Positions 46,757 through 55,863 of a stretch of DNA of 64,000 nucleotides are shown piece by piece (the first letter of the stretch is position 1; each line of letters begins with the position of its first letter). The translations under genes were made by a program, and so were the position numbers. Origin of the DNA: Clostridia bacterium. GTDB taxonomy: Bacteria; Bacillota; Clostridia; Christensenellales; CAG-138. The notes beneath the pieces are model-generated. The model saw nothing but the letters and a program-made list of their open reading frames with translations, did no database searches and had not been told where the DNA came from. The stretch is taken from the NCBI GenBank assembly GCA_045603585.1, contig JAZUMK010000042.1, positions 10,171-74,170 of the forward strand, read 5' to 3'.

Positions 46757-47020
46757 TCAGATTATATCGTCGGCGGTCTGCTTTACCGTTTCGATTATCT
46801 GGGGGGCCTTTTCCTTAACGGCATCTGCCGCCTCGGTGTAAACTTCGGTTGCGGCCTTGGCAACTTCGGTGAGAACGTCCATTGCGTCAACCTTGCCGTC
46901 GCCGTTTACGTCTTTTGCGCCCTCGGGGTTGTTTTCCTTATATTTTTCGGATACCTTCATGGCAGCCACGGTGGTTCCTGCCACTGCGCCAATGCCAAAA
47001 AGCTTCTTCAGAAAACCCAT
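46757..47020 (-). CDS. small protein with a single EF-hand/dockerin-like Ca-binding loop
   Basis: 87 aa with a perfect AAGGAGG RBS. It contains the loop DVNGDGKVDAMD. A terminator hairpin lies downstream at 46698..46738. Confidence 0.6.
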   Translation of the reverse strand: MGFLKKLFGIGAVAGTTVAAMKVSEKYKENNPEGAKDVNGDGKVDAMDVLTEVAKAATEVYTEAADAVKEKAPQIIETVKQTADDII

Positions 47021-47157
47021 GATGTGATCCTCCTTGTCGATATGGATGTATATTATAATGATATTATACCATAAATTGACGGATTACACGCAAAAACTAT
47101 CCCCTTCATTGACAAAAAATCCTCATCATAATAAACTGTAAGCGGAGGTGTGCAAAT

Positions 47158-48000
47158 ATGCAACCACTTGTATTTCAAAGCGATTTCGGCCTTGGGGACG
47201 GTGCGGTATGCGCCATGTACGGCGTTGCGGAAAGCGTTGACCCCGCCCTCAGGCTGTTCGACCTTACCCACGACATAGAGCCATACAACATCTGGGAGGC
47301 AAGCTATCGCCTCATACAGACCATCAGCTACTGGCCTGCGGGGACTGTTTTCGTATCCGTGGTTGATCCCGGCGTGGGCTCAACCCGCCGCAGCGTAGCT
47401 GCCCTCACCAAGGGTGGTCAGGTGATAATCACCCCGGATAACGGCACCCTTACCCATACCTTCAGGCTGGTAGGCATAGAAAGCGTACGGGAGATAGACG
47501 AATCCGTAAACCGCCTGCCCCATACCGGCGAAGCCTATACCTTCCATGGCAGGGATATATACGCCTACACCGGCGCACGCCTTGCCTCCGGCAAGATCGA
47601 TTTTTCCGGCATCGGCCCTGAGGTTCCTGTGGATTCTCTGGTTCGCCTGCCTGTGGTGGATCCTGTGCTGGAGGGTGGGCAGATAACCGGCACCATAGAC
47701 GTATTGGATGTGCGCTTTGGCAGCATATGGACAAACATCCCCCACAGCATGCTTAAGGAGCTGGGCATCAAATACGGCGACAGGGTGCAGGTGACCATCC
47801 GCAACGACACCCGAAGCCTCTACCGCAATACCATGACCTTTGCCCATTCCTTTGCGGAGGTATTCGTAGGCGAGCCGCTTTCCTATATCAATTCCCTTGA
47901 TTATGTGGCGGTTGCCATAAATCAGGGTTCCTTTGCCCGGGCCTACAATATCGGCACAGGCAACAGCTGGCACATAACCATAGCCCCCTCACCTTATTAG
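47158..48000 (+). CDS. SAM hydroxide adenosyltransferase (DUF62; chlorinase/fluorinase-like SAM hydrolase)
   Basis: FQSDFGLGDG... and VVDPGVGSTRR motifs are characteristic of the DUF62 family. Confidence 0.8.
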   Translation: MQPLVFQSDFGLGDGAVCAMYGVAESVDPALRLFDLTHDIEPYNIWEASYRLIQTISYWPAGTVFVSVVDPGVGSTRRSVAALTKGGQVIITPDNGTLTHTFRLVGIESVREIDESVNRLPHTGEAYTFHGRDIYAYTGARLASGKIDFSGIGPEVPVDSLVRLPVVDPVLEGGQITGTIDVLDVRFGSIWTNIPHSMLKELGIKYGDRVQVTIRNDTRSLYRNTMTFAHSFAEVFVGEPLSYINSLDYVAVAINQGSFARAYNIGTGNSWHITIAPSPY

Positions 48001-48068
48001 GGAGATATGCCGAACATATCCCACGGCAATTATAATATCCAAACACAATAAAAAAGGAGAAATCTACC

Positions 48069-48620
48069 ATGTGGAAAATCAACGTTAAGACCATCGTCGC
48101 CATAGGCATCGGCGCCGCACTGTTCTTCGTACTGGGCCGATTCGTGGCTATTCCCAGCCCTGTACCCAATGTTACCATTTGCATTCAGTACGGTCTGCTG
48201 GCATTCATGGCCGCTCTGTTCGGACCCATCGCAGGCTTCCTTATTGGCCTCATCGGTCACTTCCTTATCGACCTTAGCTGGGGCTGGGGCGTATGGTGGA
48301 GCTGGGTAATCGCTTCCGCTTGCTTCGGTTTCGTAGTAGGTCTGCTGGGCAACCGCACCCGTCTGGCTTTCGGCCAGTTCGGCAAGAAGGGCGCCATCAA
48401 CTTCAACCTGGCTCAGGCTATTGCTCACGCCGGCGCCTGGATCGTGATCGCTCCCATCCTGGACATCCTCATTTATCAGGAGCCTGTAAATAAGGTATTC
48501 CTCCAGGGCGGCGTTTCTGCTCTTTCCAACATCATCACCACCGCCATCGTCGGCACTCTGCTTTGCTTCGCATGGGCAAAGGCAGTTCCCGATAAGGGCA
48601 GCCTGAAGAAGGAAAACTAA
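48069..48620 (+). CDS. ECF transporter S component (UPF0397/YkoE-like)
   Basis: 183-aa protein with ~6 TM helices, followed by a dedicated duplicated ATPase and a T component (group I ECF layout). Confidence 0.7.
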   Translation: MWKINVKTIVAIGIGAALFFVLGRFVAIPSPVPNVTICIQYGLLAFMAALFGPIAGFLIGLIGHFLIDLSWGWGVWWSWVIASACFGFVVGLLGNRTRLAFGQFGKKGAINFNLAQAIAHAGAWIVIAPILDILIYQEPVNKVFLQGGVSALSNIITTAIVGTLLCFAWAKAVPDKGSLKKEN

Positions 48621-48711
48621 AACCCGAATAGCTTAATTGCCTTAAGGGGACGGATGCGGAGTCCGTCCCCTAAAAATATGATGTGATTTTAAAACACGGC
48701 GGGAGTAAAAT

Positions 48712-50424
48712 ATGCAGAAAATACCCGTAATAGAATTCAATAACTTCGGATATCAGTACAATGCCCAGGCAGAGCCAACTCTCCACGGCATTGACTTAAC
48801 CATATATAAAGGAGAAAAGGTGCTTATTGCCGGCCCCTCCGGCAGCGGCAAATCCACCCTTGCCCATTGCATAAACGGACTTATTCCATTTTCCTACGTT
48901 GGCGAGATAACCGGCAGCCTTAAGATAAACGGCAGGAAAACAAGGGATATGTCCTTGTTTGAAATATCCAAAACAGTAGGCACAGTATTGCAGGATTCTG
49001 ATGCCCAGTTTGTTGGCCTTACCGTGGCCGAGGATATTGCCTTTGCCATGGAAAACGACTGCACTCCCCATGAGGCGATGCTGCAGCGGGTTCAGCAGGC
49101 CGCAAAGGAAGTTGACGTGCTGAGCGTATTGAACCATGCTCCCCATGAGCTTTCCGGCGGACAGAAGCAGAGGGTATCCATGGCGGGCGTGCTGGTGGAT
49201 GATGTATCCGTACTGCTTTTTGACGAGCCCCTTGCAAACCTTGACCCCGCCACAGGCAAGGCAGCCATCGAGCTTATTGACGACATACACAAGCGCACAG
49301 GCGCCACCGTAATAATAATCGAGCACCGCATAGAGGACGTTCTCCACAGGGACGTGGACAGGGTGATAGTGGTAAACGAAGGCCGCATCGCTGCGGATAT
49401 GCATCCGGACGAGCTGCTTTGCTCCGACGTATTGGCAAAGACGGGGCTGAGAGAACCCCTGTATATAACCGCCCTTAAGTATGCGGGCGTTGAGCTTGCC
49501 CCTGATATGCATCCTGCAAACCTTGATAAAATTCAGCTTGACGAGGCTGTGCGCTCAAAGGTAGCCGGCTGGTTCCGTGCAACTCAGCCTGCCCCTCCAA
49601 AGGAGCAAGGAGATATGCTGCTTAATGCGGAAGGCATCCGCTTTGCCTACCCCAACGGCAAGGAAGCCCTTTGCGGCATTGATTTTCAGCTGCGCCGGGG
49701 TGAGCTTATGTGCATCGTGGGACAAAACGGCGCAGGCAAATCCACCTTCTCCAAGGTGATATGCGGCTTTGAAAAGCCCCAGTATGGCGTATTGTATCTT
49801 AAGGGAGAGGATATTGCCCCCCTGACGATCAAGGAGCGGGCAGACCATATCGGCTACGTTATGCAGAATCCCAATCAGATGATAAGCAAAAACATGATCG
49901 CGGAGGAAGTGGGCCTTGCCCTTACGCTGGACGGAATGGAACCTGAGGCAGTTAAGGAAAGGGTATTTGATACCCTGAAGATATGCGGCTTGTATCCCTT
50001 CCGCAACTGGCCCGTATCCGCCCTCAGCTTCGGCCAGAAAAAGAGAGTGACCGTGGCCTCCATACTTGCCATGGGGCCGGAGATAATAATACTGGACGAG
50101 CCCACCGCGGGGCAGGATTTCCGCCACTATACCGAGATAATGGAATTTCTGCTGGAGCTGAACAGGCAGGGCGTCACCATCGTGATGATAACCCACGATA
50201 TGCACCTTATGCTGGAATATGCTTCCCGCGCGGCGGTGTTTGCGGATGGCAGGATAATCGCAGACGACAGCCCCGCAAGGCTGCTGACAGACGGCGAAAT
50301 AATAAAGCAGGCCAGCCTGAAGGAAACTTCCCTGTTTACCCTTGCTGTGCTGTGCGGCATAGATCAGCCCCGGGAGTTTGTTCAGCGGTTTATCGACCAT
50401 GACAGGGAGGTGCGGCAGAGATGA
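48712..50424 (+). CDS. ECF transporter duplicated ATPase (EcfA-EcfA' fusion)
   Basis: Two ABC cassettes: GPSGSGKST ... LSGGQKQR and GQNGAGKST ... LSFGQKKR. Confidence 0.9.
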   Translation: MQKIPVIEFNNFGYQYNAQAEPTLHGIDLTIYKGEKVLIAGPSGSGKSTLAHCINGLIPFSYVGEITGSLKINGRKTRDMSLFEISKTVGTVLQDSDAQFVGLTVAEDIAFAMENDCTPHEAMLQRVQQAAKEVDVLSVLNHAPHELSGGQKQRVSMAGVLVDDVSVLLFDEPLANLDPATGKAAIELIDDIHKRTGATVIIIEHRIEDVLHRDVDRVIVVNEGRIAADMHPDELLCSDVLAKTGLREPLYITALKYAGVELAPDMHPANLDKIQLDEAVRSKVAGWFRATQPAPPKEQGDMLLNAEGIRFAYPNGKEALCGIDFQLRRGELMCIVGQNGAGKSTFSKVICGFEKPQYGVLYLKGEDIAPLTIKERADHIGYVMQNPNQMISKNMIAEEVGLALTLDGMEPEAVKERVFDTLKICGLYPFRNWPVSALSFGQKKRVTVASILAMGPEIIILDEPTAGQDFRHYTEIMEFLLELNRQGVTIVMITHDMHLMLEYASRAAVFADGRIIADDSPARLLTDGEIIKQASLKETSLFTLAVLCGIDQPREFVQRFIDHDREVRQR

Positions 50425-51248
50425 GAAACCTGTTCAATTACATTCCCCGCAGCTCCGTAGTGCATGACCTTACCGGCGCAACAAAGCTTGCGGCGCTGCT
50501 GCTGCTTACCCTTGCCAGCATGACCTCCTTTGATACCCGCCTACTTGGTGGCATGGTGATATTCGCCTTTGCCATGTTTGGGGTATCAAAGATAAAGCTT
50601 AAGGAAGTTGCTCCTGTGCTGTGGTTCACCTTTGTGTTCATGATACTGAACAACCTGCTGATATATGCATTCTCTCCCGAAGAGGGCGTTGCCATATACG
50701 GCAGCCGTACGGAGATATGCCATCTTTTCGGCAGGTATTATATCACTGTTGAGCAGCTGTTTTATCAGCTGAATGTGGTGCTGAAATATCTGGTAATGAT
50801 ACCTCTGGTACTGCTGTTTGTATCCACCACCAATCCCAGCGAATTTGCAGCATCCTTGAACCGCATAGGCGTAAGCTACAAGATAGCTTTCTCCGTGGCC
50901 CTTGCAATGCGCTATATTCCCGACGTGCAGAGGGAATATCACGATATCTCACTGTCTTTGCAGGCCAGAGGCGTGGAGATGACGGATAAGGAAAAGCTTA
51001 TCAACAGGATAAAGAACGTTGCAACAATACTCTTCCCGCTGATAATGACCAGCATGCAGAAGATAGAGACGATCTCCAATGCCATGGAGCTGAGAAGCTT
51101 CGGCAAGGAAAAGAAGCGCACATGGTATGCTGCCCGTCCCTTCCGTCCTGTGGATTACGCGGTTATCGCAGGCAGCGTGCTGGTGGTACTGCTGTCGGTA
51201 TGGCTTACCTTCCGCAACGGCGGCAGGTTCTTCAATCCCTTCGCATAA
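50421..51248 (+). CDS. ecfT: ECF transporter transmembrane T component
   Basis: 275-aa polytopic protein with the conserved ARG motifs (ALAMRYIP..., LQARG). Its start overlaps the ATPase stop. Confidence 0.8.
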   Translation: MRNLFNYIPRSSVVHDLTGATKLAALLLLTLASMTSFDTRLLGGMVIFAFAMFGVSKIKLKEVAPVLWFTFVFMILNNLLIYAFSPEEGVAIYGSRTEICHLFGRYYITVEQLFYQLNVVLKYLVMIPLVLLFVSTTNPSEFAASLNRIGVSYKIAFSVALAMRYIPDVQREYHDISLSLQARGVEMTDKEKLINRIKNVATILFPLIMTSMQKIETISNAMELRSFGKEKKRTWYAARPFRPVDYAVIAGSVLVVLLSVWLTFRNGGRFFNPFA

Positions 51249-51263
51249 TGAGAACAACATAAT

Positions 51264-51300
51264 AAAACCGCCGCATTATGCGGCGGTTTTGCGTTTTTTT
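51264..51300. terminator. bidirectional terminator
   Basis: Stem AAAACCGCCGCA/TGCGGCGGTTTT followed by a T-run. Confidence 0.75.
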
Positions 51301-51824
51301 TAGGATTTTACGAGTGCGTATATTCCGTAGCCGATCATAAAGCCTAAGCTGTTGAGTATCAGGTCATCCACATCGGTCACCCTGTCGAAAAAGGGCAACT
51401 GAAGCAGCTCGATGCACAGGGAAAAAAGTATTCCTGCGCCTATGGCTTTGATGGGGGTATTAAGCTCTTTGTATACCGAGGGCCATATAATACCTATGGG
51501 GATGAACATGGCGGTGTTGCCGATTATGTTCAGCTTTACTTCAAACAGTTTTTCATAATCCGTAATGTTTACAAAGGGGGTAAGGTTTATCCTGAAGGGG
51601 ATGATGTTTGCCATGTCCAGTATAAGGGGCTGTATTTTGCCGTTAAGCTTTTCAAAGGGGAAGAATGTGAAACGGGCAACTACGATAAAGCAAACATAAA
51701 CCGGCAGCAGCTGAAGCTCCCGCCTGAGGCTGATGCTTTTGTTTTTTGACCATATCACTGCCCTTGCAATAAGCCATATTATGCTTATGGCAAGTATCAT
51801 TGCGCTGTAGGATATCTGTATCAT
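51300..51824 (-). CDS. VanZ-family membrane protein
   Basis: The C-terminal motif ELLQLPFFDRVTDVDDLILNSLG is typical of VanZ-like proteins. The start at 51824 is preferred. Confidence 0.7.
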   Translation of the reverse strand: MIQISYSAMILAISIIWLIARAVIWSKNKSISLRRELQLLPVYVCFIVVARFTFFPFEKLNGKIQPLILDMANIIPFRINLTPFVNITDYEKLFEVKLNIIGNTAMFIPIGIIWPSVYKELNTPIKAIGAGILFSLCIELLQLPFFDRVTDVDDLILNSLGFMIGYGIYALVKS

Positions 51825-51940
51825 TTCATGCTGTCTCCGTTGATTTACATGAATATACCATAAAAACGGCAGAAACTCCACAGCCAGGAATAACCCGGCA
51901 GGATGTGCTCCATGCTAAAGCAAAAAAAGGAGATGCATCC

Positions 51941-52090
51941 ATGCAAGAGAAAAATCATACCTACCCCGATATTGCAGCCACCGCCTCCGCAACCGAGACC
52001 ACCGGGCTGATGCAGACCGTTCCCGAGAGTGAGGAAGAGCTTACTGCATATCAGCAGCTTGCGGGCATGGAGATACCAAAGCGGGGCTGA
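51941..52090 (+). CDS. hypothetical 49-aa protein
   Basis: AGGAG RBS, acidic and unstructured-looking, with a terminator hairpin at ~52097..52130. Confidence 0.35.
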   Translation: MQEKNHTYPDIAATASATETTGLMQTVPESEEELTAYQQLAGMEIPKRG

Positions 52091-52143
52091 AGGACAAACA
52101 AAAGAGGCATGCTTGAGGGTATGCCTCTTTATGTATAACGGAT

Positions 52144-53964
52144 TTAGTCTATATCCACGTGGAACTGGGTTTCGTAAAGCTGCTTGTAAAGGCCGCCCTT
52201 TTCAAGGAGCTCGTGATGGGTGCCCTGCTCAACAATGCGGCCCTTGTCAACCACCAGTATGCCGTCCGCTTTAAGTATGGTGGAAAGGCGATGGGCGATA
52301 ACGATGCTGGTGCGGCCCTTCATAAGGGTTTCCATGGCAGCCTGTATGGAGCTTTCGCTAATGGAATCCAGTGCGCTGGTGGCTTCGTCCAGTATCAGTA
52401 TGCGGGGGTTCTTCAGCACCACCCTTGCAAGGCTGAGGCGCTGCTTTTCGCCGCCGGAAAGCTTGAGGCCGCGATTGCCTACCTTGGTATCGTAGCCCTC
52501 CGGGAAGGACATTATAACGTCGTGTATGTTGGCGATCTTGCAGGCGCAGATTATCTCCTGCTCGGTGGCCTTATCCCGGGCAAAGCGGAGATTGTCCGCG
52601 ATGGTGCCGTTGAAAAGGTATGCTTCCTGAGTTACCACGCCTATCTGGCTGCGGAGGAAGGAAAGCTCGATATCACGAACATCCGTATCGCCTATCTTTA
52701 CGCTGCCATCATCCACGTCATACAGCCTTGGGATAAGGTTTACTATGGTGGATTTGCCTGAGCCGGAGGGGCCGACTATGGCGTACATCTTGCCGCCGGG
52801 AACCGTAAAGGAAAGGTCTGAAAGGATGGGCACGCCGGGGGTATAGGAGAAATCCACATCATTGAAGGTGATATCCTTGAAGGCCAGCCAGGGGCGAACG
52901 GGATTTTCGCAGTTTGCAATGCCGCGCTCCTTGTCCAGATAATCGAATATGCGGGTGAAAAGGGCAAGGGAGCGGGTAAAGTCCACCTGAATGTTCAGCA
53001 GGCTTTCAACGGGACGATAAAGCCTGTTGATAAGGGCTACTGTGGCGGTGATGGTACCGACGGTGAGGCCGGCAGTACCCTTGGCGATGATGAGATAGCC
53101 GCCTGCGAAGTAAATGAGCAGGGGGCCGATCTGGGTAAACATGCCCATTACCACGCGGAACCACTTGCCGCTGCGCTGTTCTTTAAGGGACAGCCTGGAT
53201 ACTTCGCCGTTTACCTTTTCAAAGCGGGCATATTCCGTCTTTTCTCTGGTGAACAGCTTTATAAGCAGCGAGCCTGATACCGACAGGGTCTCGTTGACAA
53301 GGTCGTTCATCTCGTCATGCTTTTCCTGCGACTGGGTAGCCAGCTCATAGCGGGTGCGGCCTGCGCTGCGGGTGGGCAGTATCAGCAGAGGAATGATGCA
53401 TATGCCTACCAGCGCCAGCTGCCAGCTCATGCTGAACAGGGCGATGAGGGTGGTGGTGACGGTGAGAACGTTGCTCACTATGCTGGTGAGTGTGCCGCTT
53501 ACCACGGAGGAAACGCCGGAGATATCGCTGTTCATGCGGGTGATGATATCGCCCTGCTTTTCCGTGGTGAAGAAGCTGTGAGCCATATACTGGAGATGGC
53601 GGTACATCTCGTTTCGCATGTCGTAGATTATCTGCTGGCTTATCCATGCGCTGATGTAGCTTTCCAGTACGCCTATTACCTGAGAGCCGGCAAGGGTGAT
53701 GAAAGCAAGGCAGATAAGCTTTATCAGCAGGCCCATGTCGGAGCCCACCAGCGCCTGGTCAACAATGCGGCCGGTGATGATGCTGGGGAACAGGCCAACC
53801 ACGCTGGAGGCGGCTATGGCCAGAAATACCAGCAAAAACTGCAGCCAGTAGGGCTTGAGGTAGCTGGCTATGCGCTTTAAAAGGGCAGGGGTGACAACAG
53901 GCATGTTGAGCTTTTCCTCATCTGTGAGGAAACCGCGGGGGCCTAATCTTGAGGGTCCGGCCAT
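52144..53964 (-). CDS. ABC transporter permease/ATP-binding protein (MsbA/MdlB-type exporter)
   Basis: A six-TM exporter domain plus a nucleotide-binding domain (GPSGSGKST, LSGGEKQR, ILILDEATS). The start at 53964 has an AGGAG RBS; the track ORF extends to 54033. Confidence 0.9.
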   Translation of the reverse strand: MAGPSRLGPRGFLTDEEKLNMPVVTPALLKRIASYLKPYWLQFLLVFLAIAASSVVGLFPSIITGRIVDQALVGSDMGLLIKLICLAFITLAGSQVIGVLESYISAWISQQIIYDMRNEMYRHLQYMAHSFFTTEKQGDIITRMNSDISGVSSVVSGTLTSIVSNVLTVTTTLIALFSMSWQLALVGICIIPLLILPTRSAGRTRYELATQSQEKHDEMNDLVNETLSVSGSLLIKLFTREKTEYARFEKVNGEVSRLSLKEQRSGKWFRVVMGMFTQIGPLLIYFAGGYLIIAKGTAGLTVGTITATVALINRLYRPVESLLNIQVDFTRSLALFTRIFDYLDKERGIANCENPVRPWLAFKDITFNDVDFSYTPGVPILSDLSFTVPGGKMYAIVGPSGSGKSTIVNLIPRLYDVDDGSVKIGDTDVRDIELSFLRSQIGVVTQEAYLFNGTIADNLRFARDKATEQEIICACKIANIHDVIMSFPEGYDTKVGNRGLKLSGGEKQRLSLARVVLKNPRILILDEATSALDSISESSIQAAMETLMKGRTSIVIAHRLSTILKADGILVVDKGRIVEQGTHHELLEKGGLYKQLYETQFHVDID

Positions 53965-54163
53965 TGATTTTTTACTCCTGTGTGTGGATTTACGCTGCTT
54001 TTTATCCGCAGCGCATGATTTCAGATCGGGCAAATAATATATTGCTGCATAAAGTATACAATAAACCGGAGAGAATTACCACAAAACATCCGAACTTGCA
54101 TAATTTCTTAACATGAAAACCATATAAAAAATCGCCGCGAACTCAGCGAAGTCCGCGACGACG

Positions 54164-54182
54164 TGGCGCGCCCGGCGCGATT
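54164..54182 (-). repeat. duplicated 19-nt copy of the tRNA-Arg 3' end (att-like scar)
   Basis: TGGCGCGCCCGGCGCGATT is identical to 54389..54407, which is the CCA, acceptor 3' strand and T-arm 3' strand of the tRNA. Confidence 0.8.
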
Positions 54183-54190
54183 ACCTAAAG

Positions 54191-54320
54191 GTATCCCTCC
54201 GACTAACAAAATTTCATCGCTCATGGCTCGAAATTTTGAAGTCTCCGGTATACTCCAGAGTATCCCTCCGACTAACAAAATTTCATCACCCATGGCTCGA
54301 AATTTTGAAGTCTCCGGTAT
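54191..54320. repeat. 69-bp tandem repeat (~1.9 copies), each unit a hairpin
   Basis: Units start at 54191 and 54260. The unit stem is CAAAATTTC/GAAATTTTG, extended by CCGACT/AGTC..GG. Confidence 0.85.
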
Positions 54321-54351
54321 CGAACGGGCACATTCTTACGGCAGGAACACG

Positions 54352-54384
54352 AAATAAAAATAACCACCTAATGGTGGCTATTTT
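54352..54384 (-). terminator. terminator after tRNA-Arg
   Basis: Minus-strand stem TAGCCACC/GGTGGTTA followed by a T-run. Confidence 0.6.
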
Positions 54385-54388
54385 TATT

Positions 54389-54465
54389 TGGCGCGCCCGG
54401 CGCGATTCGAACGCGCTGCCTTATGCTCCGGAGGCATACGCTCTATCCGAGTGAGCTACGGGCGC
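54389..54465 (-). tRNA. tRNA-Arg (CCG)
   Basis: Hand-folded 77-nt cloverleaf: GCGCCCG acceptor, anticodon loop CTCCGGA, T-loop TTCGAAT, encoded CCA. Confidence 0.9.
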
Positions 54466-54513
54466 TTGCTTGCATATGATAACATTTTTGCCTGTGCAAT
54501 TCAAGTCTTACCG

Positions 54514-55848
54514 CTAAATACCCAACAATGCAAGGCTTTCCGCCACGCTTTTTATCTTAAGGTATTTTACGCCGGGGATATCCGGCAGATTATCGCTGTG
54601 GGGCACTATCATGCGGGTATAGCCGAGGCGGGCGCATTCCTGTATGCGCTTATCCAGCCGGTTGACCGAGCGCACTTCGCCGGTAAGGGATATCTCGCCC
54701 AGTATTGCGGTATGGGGAGGCAGAGCGGTTTCGCTTGATGCGGAGGCTATTGCCATGGCGACGGCAAGGTCGCCTGCACGCTCTGCGAGGCGCAGGCCGC
54801 CCACGACGTTTGTATAAACGTCCTTATCGCAAAGGCGAAGGCCCGCCTTTTTTTCCAATACCGCAAGCAGCAGCACAAGGCGGCTGTTGTCGATGCCGGC
54901 GGCCATACGTCTGGGGTTTGAGAAGGGGGAGGGAGAAAGCAGCGCCTGAACTTCCACCAGCATGGGCCGGGTGCCTTCCATGGCGCAGGTAACGGCGCAG
55001 CCCGCAAGGTCTGTGCCGGTGATGAACAGTGTGGAGGGATCGGGGATTTCCGCCATGCCGGAGGAGCGCATTTCAAATACGCCTATTTCATCCGTGCTGC
55101 CAAAGCGGTTTTTTACAGAGCGGAGCAGACGGAAGGAATCCTGCCTGTCCCCTTCAAAATACAGCACCGTATCCACCATATGCTCAAGTATGCGGGGGCC
55201 TGCTATTGCGCCGTCCTTTGTAACGTGGCCCACTATGAATATGGCGGCGGAGGTGCGCTTTGCCATGCGGGTCAGCAGGGCTGTGGCCTCTCTGACCTGG
55301 GATATGCTGCCTGTTGCGCCGGAACAATCGGGGGAGTACATGGTCTGTACCGAGTCTATCATTATAAAGTCCGGCTTTGTGCGGTCGGCTTCGCTTTCCA
55401 CGGCGGAAAGGTCGTTTTCCGCAAGTATGAGCATTTCTCCGCCCACGCCCAGGCGCACAGCCCTCAGCTTGAGCTGGGCTGCGGATTCTTCGCCGGTAAC
55501 GTAAAGCACCTTGCCCCTGTCCGCAAGCTTTGCGGCGGTCTGCATAAGCAATGTGGATTTGCCGATGCCGGGATCGCCGCCAAGGAGTATTACGCTGCCC
55601 GGCACTATGCCGCCGCCCAATACCCTGTCCAGCTCGCCTATTCCGGAGGAGACCCTGCCTGTGGAGGCTGTTGCAACATGGGAAAGGGGAATGGCGCAGG
55701 CACCGGAAGAAACGGGAGAGCTTACCGCTACCCGCTTTTCCTCTATGAGGGTATTCCAGCTGCCGCAGCCGGGACATTTGCCCAGCCATTTGCCGCTTTC
55801 ATAGCCGCATTCGCCGCAGAAGAATACAGTCTTTGCGCCCTTTGCCAT
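54514..55848 (-). CDS. radA: DNA repair protein RadA/Sms
   Basis: N-terminal zinc ribbon CGECGYESGKWLGKCPGCGSWN, Walker A GDPGIGKST, KNRFG motif, and a Lon-like C-terminus. Confidence 0.95.
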   Translation of the reverse strand: MAKGAKTVFFCGECGYESGKWLGKCPGCGSWNTLIEEKRVAVSSPVSSGACAIPLSHVATASTGRVSSGIGELDRVLGGGIVPGSVILLGGDPGIGKSTLLMQTAAKLADRGKVLYVTGEESAAQLKLRAVRLGVGGEMLILAENDLSAVESEADRTKPDFIMIDSVQTMYSPDCSGATGSISQVREATALLTRMAKRTSAAIFIVGHVTKDGAIAGPRILEHMVDTVLYFEGDRQDSFRLLRSVKNRFGSTDEIGVFEMRSSGMAEIPDPSTLFITGTDLAGCAVTCAMEGTRPMLVEVQALLSPSPFSNPRRMAAGIDNSRLVLLLAVLEKKAGLRLCDKDVYTNVVGGLRLAERAGDLAVAMAIASASSETALPPHTAILGEISLTGEVRSVNRLDKRIQECARLGYTRMIVPHSDNLPDIPGVKYLKIKSVAESLALLGI

Positions 55849-55863
55849 AGGTGTTGCCTTTCT

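Noticed and set aside
54191-54320. Possible tRNA or tRNA-Sec-like gene (CTTCAAAA loop reminiscent of a UCA anticodon loop on the minus strand)
   Set aside because: I could not fold a cloverleaf. There is no acceptor or T-arm pairing, and the candidate anticodon stem does not pair. It is better described as a tandem hairpin repeat.
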